Assembly (NCBI GenBank): GCA_965228855.1 | Contig: CBDDIJ010000002.1 | Location: forward strand, 1,760,001 to 1,824,000 | DNA length: 64,000 bases | Direction: 5' to 3' | From: Candidatus Obscuribacterales bacterium | GTDB lineage: Bacteria; Cyanobacteriota; Vampirovibrionia; Obscuribacterales; Obscuribacteraceae | In this document: one piece after another, positions 58,218 to 64,000 of the stretch | Layout of the letters: every line of letters starts with the position of its first letter | Numbering within the stretch: the stretch's first letter is position 1 | Notes under the pieces: generated by a model | Database searches by the model: none | Told to the model about the DNA's origin: nothing | The model's input: only the letters and a program-made list of their open reading frames with translations | Translations under genes and position numbers: made by a program

Positions 58218-61200
58218 GTGACAACGGATCAAACGACAAGCACGACTACAAGTAATTTCGCCTTCCTCGAAAGCAAATGGCCTGACCTAGCCAGCCTGGC
58301 GAAGTTCGCCGAGGAATACGCACACACTGATCCGGCATCGAGCCAGGTAAAAGTTCGCATTTTTGCAGAACGCATTGTGGATATTTTGTACTACGAGCTT
58401 GGCTTGAGAAAGCCGATAGACGCCAACTTCCGCGATTTGCTGGATACAGCAGATTTTAAGCGCGCCATGCCCAGACAAATTATCGACTTCTTGCATTACG
58501 TCAGAAAAGAAGGCAATAAGGGCGCACATGAAGCTAAAGGCGCTGCATCAACGCAAGCCTGCTTGCGGCTTTTGGAAAATGTGCACAAGCTTTCGGTTTG
58601 GTTTTATGCCACTGTCACAAAACAGAAAGTCAGTTTGCCTCCATACCAGGCAATACAAAAACCCAAGTCAGCAGCCGATTTGCAGGCAGAACTGAAAGCG
58701 CGCGAGAAGAGAATAAAAGAACTTGAGGAGCTGCAAGAGAAGCAGCGGAGCGAGCATCCTAAAGCACCAGCAACGGAAGAGTCTCTGAAGAAGACACTTG
58801 CTCAATCAACAGCCGAAGCAGATACGCTCGGACTGACAGAAGCCGAGACGCGCAAGCAATTGATCGACAGCCTGCTCGTCGATGCTGGTTGGACGCTGCT
58901 CGACAAGGTTTCGGATTACGATCCAATATCGGGCAAACCTCAGTGCATCCGCGAGTATCCGGTAAAGCATCAGCCTACGCCGTCGGGTGATGGTTCCGTC
59001 GATTACGTGTTAATGGGCGCTGATGGCAAGCCTATCGGCGTTATCGAAGCGAAGAGAACCGCTCACGATCCAGCAAAAGGCAAAACAAAAGCCGAAGAAT
59101 ACGCCAATGGAATCGAGAAAATGACTGGGCAGCGCCCGTTCATCTATTACACCAACGGCCATGAAATCCATTTCTGGGACGACCATCCGGTTGTTGGATA
59201 CCCACCCCGAAGAGTCTGGGGCTTCCACGACCTGGAGAAGCTTCAGTATTTGCTGTTTCAGCGCAAGAACAGACAGAAGCTCTCGACTATCAAGCTGAAG
59301 ACATCCATTGCCGAGCGGGATTATCAACTTGAGTGCATACGCCGCGTGTATGAGTGCTTTGAAGATCGCAACCATCGCAAAGCTTTGATTGTGATGGCCA
59401 CAGGCACCGGCAAAACAAGAACAGCCATGTCGCTGATCGACGGACTAATGCGCGCCAACTGGGTGAAGCGAGTCCTGTTCCTTGTAGACCGTGTTGAGTT
59501 GCAAAATCAGGCGGAAGAAGAAGGATTCAAGGAGCACTTGCCAGACTTGTCCATTGTGAAAGTTAGCAGTGCCACTAAAAAAGATAAAGATTCGCGGGTG
59601 TACTTAGCCACTTACAACGCGATGATGAATGCCTATAGTCAGTTCAACATAGGCTTTTTCGATTTGATTGTTGCTGACGAATCACACCGCACGATCTACA
59701 AGTACTACCGCGAAATCTTTCAGTACTTTGATGCTTTTCAGATCGGTCTGACGGCAACGCCGGTGGATTACGTAACACGAAACACATACCGCTTCTTCGA
59801 GTGCGAGGATCGTGACCCGACGTTCTATTTCTCACTTACAGAAGCTATTGAACACAAGCCACCATATTTGGTGAACTACGAAGTCGATAATAAGACCTCG
59901 CAGTTCCTTCAGAGCGGCATTCGTTACGACGATCTAACCGAAGAACAGCGCGCACAGCTCGAAGAGCAAGACGAGGATGCGCAAAGCTTCGACTACAGTC
60001 GAGACGAAGTAGACAGTCTGATCATGAATAAAGAAACGAATCGCATGATCATCCGCAACCTCATGGAAAACGGCATACGGAATGCCGATGGTACACGGCC
60101 AGGCAAGACTATTATCTTCGCCCGCAAACACGATCATGGAAAGCTCCTTGAGGAGGAATTCAACGACATGTACCCGCAGTATCGGGGTAAAGTCGCAAAG
60201 TTGATCGACTATATGGATGATCGCAAAGAGGAGCTGATAAAGGGCTTCAAGGGCAAAAAGAAAGAGTTCAAGGATCTCGATATTGCGATATCCGTGGACA
60301 TGCTTGACACAGGCATCGACGTGCCAGAGGTAGTAAACCTGGTGTTTGCCAAACCTGTTTACTCAAAGATCAAATTCTGGCAGATGATTGGCCGCGGCAC
60401 GCGTCTGCGCAAGGAGTTATTCGGTCCAGGAAAAGACAAAACTCATTTCCTTATCTTCGATCCCTGGAGAAACTTCGAATTCTTCGGCGTCAACCCAGAA
60501 GGTATCGTACGTGACAGTGAAAGCCGTTCTGTGCCTGAACGCCTCTTCTCAGTGCGCCTAGAGCTGCTTCAAGCTATCGAGCAATCCAATGCATCGAGCA
60601 CCCAAGTAAGTCCATTCACGACGCCCCTGGTCGATCTCATCCGGCAAGATGTAAGAGCTTTGCCGAGGGATTCCGTCAGCGTTCGGGAGCGGTGGCAGGA
60701 CATGGAGCGCGTCGGTAAAGACAAATTCTGGAACGAGCGGAATGATGATTTCTACACCGTCCTCGAAAACAATGTGCGCCCACTGATGCGTTGGCGAGAT
60801 ATCCAGGGTGAGGCGGATGCTATGGCATTCGACATCAAGGTCACGCGCTTGCAGTTGTGCCTCATTGAAGGCGATACAGACGGTTTCGCAAAAGCCCAGG
60901 ATAAGGTTCTGGAAGACATCGAGCGCCTGCGCACGAACTTGAACCAGGTCAAACAAGAGCTGGACCTGATCGAGGCTGTGCAAAAAGCAAGCTGGTGGCG
61001 TGACGTCACAGTCGAAAAGCTCGAAGAGATGCGGCTTCGGCTGCGCGGGCTGATGAAGTATCGGTCGGTTAACCGCGTGCGCTCAAAAGCGATCGATATT
61101 ATTGATTACGCGGTGCCTGGTACTGCAAGCCCGCGAGTTGCAGAACAAGGGCTTGAGGCATATCGCGTCCGCGTGGTCCAGGTCCTTCATGATCTGACCG

Positions 61201-61619
61201 CAACCAATTTGACCTTGCAGAAAATTCGCCGGAAGCTGGCTGTAACCGAGGCGGACCTGGTCGCCCTCCAGTCCCTCATTCTTGAGCGCGTTCCAGGCTT
61301 GAAGCAAGATGAGCTTGAAAAGCTGTTTCCAACGGAAGCAAGTTCGCTCGACAGGTTGATTCGTTCCATTGTTGGCATGGATGAACTAACTGTGCGAGTC
61401 GCTTTCGAACGTTTTAGAACTGCGCATTCGAACTTGAAGGCGAACCAGCTTCAATTCTTGTCGCTTGTGGAGCAGGAAATCATAAAGAGCGGAGGACTTG
61501 AAGTTGCTCGCCTATACGAGCAGCCTTTTACAAGCATCCACACCTTGGGTCTGGAAGGTGTATTCAAACAACAGGAAGCTGACGAACTGGTCGCACTCAT
61601 TGATGAATTAGTTGGATAG
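58218..61619 (+). CDS. hsdR: Type I restriction enzyme R subunit (EcoEI/EcoAI-like, DUF4145 N-terminus)
   Basis: VDY...IEAKR, MATGTGKT, DESHR, GLTATP, MLDTGIDVP, QMIGRGTRL, LYEQPFT. Confidence 0.95.
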   Translation: MTTDQTTSTTTSNFAFLESKWPDLASLAKFAEEYAHTDPASSQVKVRIFAERIVDILYYELGLRKPIDANFRDLLDTADFKRAMPRQIIDFLHYVRKEGNKGAHEAKGAASTQACLRLLENVHKLSVWFYATVTKQKVSLPPYQAIQKPKSAADLQAELKAREKRIKELEELQEKQRSEHPKAPATEESLKKTLAQSTAEADTLGLTEAETRKQLIDSLLVDAGWTLLDKVSDYDPISGKPQCIREYPVKHQPTPSGDGSVDYVLMGADGKPIGVIEAKRTAHDPAKGKTKAEEYANGIEKMTGQRPFIYYTNGHEIHFWDDHPVVGYPPRRVWGFHDLEKLQYLLFQRKNRQKLSTIKLKTSIAERDYQLECIRRVYECFEDRNHRKALIVMATGTGKTRTAMSLIDGLMRANWVKRVLFLVDRVELQNQAEEEGFKEHLPDLSIVKVSSATKKDKDSRVYLATYNAMMNAYSQFNIGFFDLIVADESHRTIYKYYREIFQYFDAFQIGLTATPVDYVTRNTYRFFECEDRDPTFYFSLTEAIEHKPPYLVNYEVDNKTSQFLQSGIRYDDLTEEQRAQLEEQDEDAQSFDYSRDEVDSLIMNKETNRMIIRNLMENGIRNADGTRPGKTIIFARKHDHGKLLEEEFNDMYPQYRGKVAKLIDYMDDRKEELIKGFKGKKKEFKDLDIAISVDMLDTGIDVPEVVNLVFAKPVYSKIKFWQMIGRGTRLRKELFGPGKDKTHFLIFDPWRNFEFFGVNPEGIVRDSESRSVPERLFSVRLELLQAIEQSNASSTQVSPFTTPLVDLIRQDVRALPRDSVSVRERWQDMERVGKDKFWNERNDDFYTVLENNVRPLMRWRDIQGEADAMAFDIKVTRLQLCLIEGDTDGFAKAQDKVLEDIERLRTNLNQVKQELDLIEAVQKASWWRDVTVEKLEEMRLRLRGLMKYRSVNRVRSKAIDIIDYAVPGTASPRVAEQGLEAYRVRVVQVLHDLTATNLTLQKIRRKLAVTEADLVALQSLILERVPGLKQDELEKLFPTEASSLDRLIRSIVGMDELTVRVAFERFRTAHSNLKANQLQFLSLVEQEIIKSGGLEVARLYEQPFTSIHTLGLEGVFKQQEADELVALIDELVG

Positions 61620-61629
61620 AGGAGGAAAA

Positions 61630-63351
61630 ATGCTGGTCGGAAAAACAAGGAATGACGTGGATAGGCTTTGGGACGCTTTTCACAGTGGTGGCATTACAAA
61701 TCCTGTCAGTGTAATCGAACAAATAAACTATCTCCTATTCATCAGGAGGTTGGATGATATCGAATCCCGAGCAGAACGACTGGCAACCAGAACCGGCGAA
61801 GCCACCAGACGGATATTTGACAAAAACCAGCAAGAGTTGCGGTGGTCAAGTTTCAAACAACTAAAGCCAGAAATGATGCTCACGTTGGTTCAGGAAAAGG
61901 TATTTCCCTTTATCAAAAGTCTGGGTGCAAGCAACGGAGAGGGACAATCGAACCTCACAACGTTTTCGAAAACGTTGTCTGATGCCGTCTTTCTGATTCC
62001 TAAGGCTAGCCTGTTGTCTTCTGCAGTAGAACTTATTTCTGGACTGGATCTCGATAACGCAGACACTGCTGGCGATCTCTATGAGTATTTGCTGTCGAAG
62101 CTAGCAACTTCTGGAATTAACGGTCAGTTTCGGACGCCCCGGCACATCATACGGATGATGGTTGAGCTGATGGACCCGGACATTGTTGAGCGCATTTGCG
62201 ATCCGGCTTGCGGAACAGCTGGATTTTTATTCACAGCTCTACAGTACATTTTGGAAAAATATACAAGTCCAAAGATGGTCCAGGTCGAAGAGGACGGAAC
62301 ACGGCACGGCTTCATTGGCGACTTGATGAGTCCTGAGCAAAGGAAAAAGTTCGAGCGAGATACCTTCTTCGGTTTTGATTTTGACGCTACTATGCTCCGG
62401 GTAGCATCCATGAATATGTGGCTGCACGGTATCGAAGCTCCCAGTATTTCGTACGCTGATACGCTGTCGAAGAGCTTTGAGCAGGAATCTTGTTACGACC
62501 TGATTCTGGCGAATCCTCCTTTTAAGGGAAAGTTGGACTATGGTGATTGTAGTCCAAGCTTGCTTTCTGAAGTCAAAACGAAAAACACTGAGCTATTGTT
62601 TCTGATACTCGCTTTGCGGTTACTGGATATCGGCGGGCGTGCGGCGATCATCGTTCCGGACGGAGTATTGTTTAATTCCAGCAATGCGCATCTCACTGTA
62701 AGAAAACAGCTAGTTGAAGATCATCAGCTTGAAGGTGTGATCAGCATGCCTAGCGGTATTTTCAAACCTTATGCAGGGGTTTCAACTGCCGTGCTTATTT
62801 TCTCGAAAGGTGGCCAAACCGATAAAGTTTGGTTCTATGACATGGAACACGACGGCTACAGTCTCGATGATAAACGGCAAAAATTAGATCAAAATGACAT
62901 TCCAGATATCATCGCATGCTGGAAACACAGGCATGACCAGGCGTTCGATCGCGATCGGCAATCCAGGATGACAGCGTTAACCGAAGAAATGGCGCCATTG
63001 AAGCGGGAGCGGCTGGAACATCAACAAGGAATCGATCAACTGGTTTTTGACAGCGTCATTGCTGCAGGAGATGCTCTGAAAAACACAGAGCTAGGAAAGC
63101 AGAAATCAGAACTTGAGAAGCTTGACGAGCGAATCCATCTTCTACAGCGTGAGTTCAATCAATTGAGTCGACAATTTTGGGTGACCAAAACCCGCATCGT
63201 TGACAATGATTTTGATCTGCGCGCTAGCCAATATCGACGAATTGAACGGGACGAAATCTATTTTCCGGAAGCATCCACGATATTTGATCGGTTGCAGCGG
63301 CTGCAAACCGCCACTGATGCGCAGTTGAAGAAAGTAGAGGCGCTGATATGA
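61630..63351 (+). CDS. hsdM: Type I RM methyltransferase subunit
   Basis: GQFRTPRHII, DPACGTAGFL, ANPPF, IVPDGVLF; GAGGAGG RBS. Confidence 0.95.
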   Translation: MLVGKTRNDVDRLWDAFHSGGITNPVSVIEQINYLLFIRRLDDIESRAERLATRTGEATRRIFDKNQQELRWSSFKQLKPEMMLTLVQEKVFPFIKSLGASNGEGQSNLTTFSKTLSDAVFLIPKASLLSSAVELISGLDLDNADTAGDLYEYLLSKLATSGINGQFRTPRHIIRMMVELMDPDIVERICDPACGTAGFLFTALQYILEKYTSPKMVQVEEDGTRHGFIGDLMSPEQRKKFERDTFFGFDFDATMLRVASMNMWLHGIEAPSISYADTLSKSFEQESCYDLILANPPFKGKLDYGDCSPSLLSEVKTKNTELLFLILALRLLDIGGRAAIIVPDGVLFNSSNAHLTVRKQLVEDHQLEGVISMPSGIFKPYAGVSTAVLIFSKGGQTDKVWFYDMEHDGYSLDDKRQKLDQNDIPDIIACWKHRHDQAFDRDRQSRMTALTEEMAPLKRERLEHQQGIDQLVFDSVIAAGDALKNTELGKQKSELEKLDERIHLLQREFNQLSRQFWVTKTRIVDNDFDLRASQYRRIERDEIYFPEASTIFDRLQRLQTATDAQLKKVEALI

Positions 63352-64000
63352 GTAAAAGTACAGTCAAGCTCTCCGATATAGCAGCCGTATTTAACGGAAA
63401 GACGCCCTCGACCAACGAACAACGAAACACCGGTCATCCCGTTCTTAAAATCAAAGACGTGACAGAACTTGGTCAGTTCACCGGGCGATTCGAGTCCTTC
63501 ATCGACCTGGGACTCGCTGCGGGCTTGCGAGACAAACAACTGGAAGACGGAGATACGTTGATTCTTAACGCAGCTCATCATGCAGATTATGTTGGTTCTA
63601 AAACCTATTTTGCTGATCGGGCCGTTAGAGGCGCTGTACCTACTGGCGAATGGTTGGTAGTTCGCGGTCACGACGCAAATGTTCGGAAGAGATACCTATT
63701 CTATTGGCTCAATTCGACGCCAATCCGCAGGCAGATTCGGCAGCTGGTCAAGGGAATTCATCTGTATCCAACTGACGTCGAAGAGTTGGAATTCGTCGTG
63801 CCAACATTAGAGAAGCAGGACCAGATCGTGGATGCGTTGGATAACGTTGGGTGCTTGCTCAAGTTGAGAAGAACGGCTACTGAAGCCACTGAAAAACTGT
63901 CTATTGCAATATTCCTCAAAATGTTTGGCGACCCGCTTAAGAATCCACATGGTTGGACTTCTCACAAACTGGGTTCTCTTGGCGAGCTAGACCGGGGAAG
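63348..64000 (+). CDS. hsdS: Type I RM specificity subunit (partial, runs off window)
   Basis: Not in the ORF track. ATGA overlap with hsdM; MSKSTVKLSDIAAVFNGKTPS...VPTLEKQDQIV...IFLKMFGDPLKNPHGW. Confidence 0.9.
   Translation, partial: MSKSTVKLSDIAAVFNGKTPSTNEQRNTGHPVLKIKDVTELGQFTGRFESFIDLGLAAGLRDKQLEDGDTLILNAAHHADYVGSKTYFADRAVRGAVPTGEWLVVRGHDANVRKRYLFYWLNSTPIRRQIRQLVKGIHLYPTDVEELEFVVPTLEKQDQIVDALDNVGCLLKLRRTATEATEKLSIAIFLKMFGDPLKNPHGWTSHKLGSLGELDRG

Larger units (their letters stand above)
54218..64000. mobile_element. tRNA-fMet-targeting integrative element / genomic island (continues beyond window)
   Basis: att fragment, tyrosine integrase and RM cargo. Confidence 0.8.

Noticed and set aside
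1..64000. CRISPR array or rRNA
   Set aside because: No regularly spaced repeats or rRNA-like sequence were seen by eye.

Overview
This 64-kb bacterial window has four zones. Gene content (many secreted TPR, TonB-C and beta-helix proteins) suggests a Melainabacteria/Obscuribacterales-like diderm; this is inference only. (1) 1-17 kb: envelope and housekeeping genes: GH3 acyl-amido synthetase, two GT-C-like membrane proteins, RDD, LptF/G, lnt, O-antigen-ligase-like, TonB-C and a thioester alpha-2-macroglobulin. (2) 17.4-34.7 kb: accessory/defence island. It holds a stand-alone UG/Abi-type reverse transcriptase (WMDD catalytic motif) followed by a hairpin-dense ~320-nt non-coding region (candidate cognate ncRNA), a co-oriented trio of nuclease fusions (DUF262-HNH, HNH-ATPase, REase-STAND NTPase) and a transposase remnant. 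(3) 34.8-54 kb: secreted-effector region with polymorphic-toxin/immunity-like pairs, a thrice-repeated module (large beta-helix exoprotein divergent from a small secreted protein), several decayed genes, a ~350-bp direct repeat and a tRNA-Leu 3' remnant. (4) From 54.2 kb to the window end: an integrative element bounded by a tRNA-fMet 3' fragment (att site). It carries a tyrosine integrase, a DUF4258-like gene, an HsdM-HsdS fusion with degenerate catalytic motifs, and a type I RM operon (hsdR-hsdM-hsdS, hsdS truncated by the window). All family calls come from reading motifs by eye; no searches were run.
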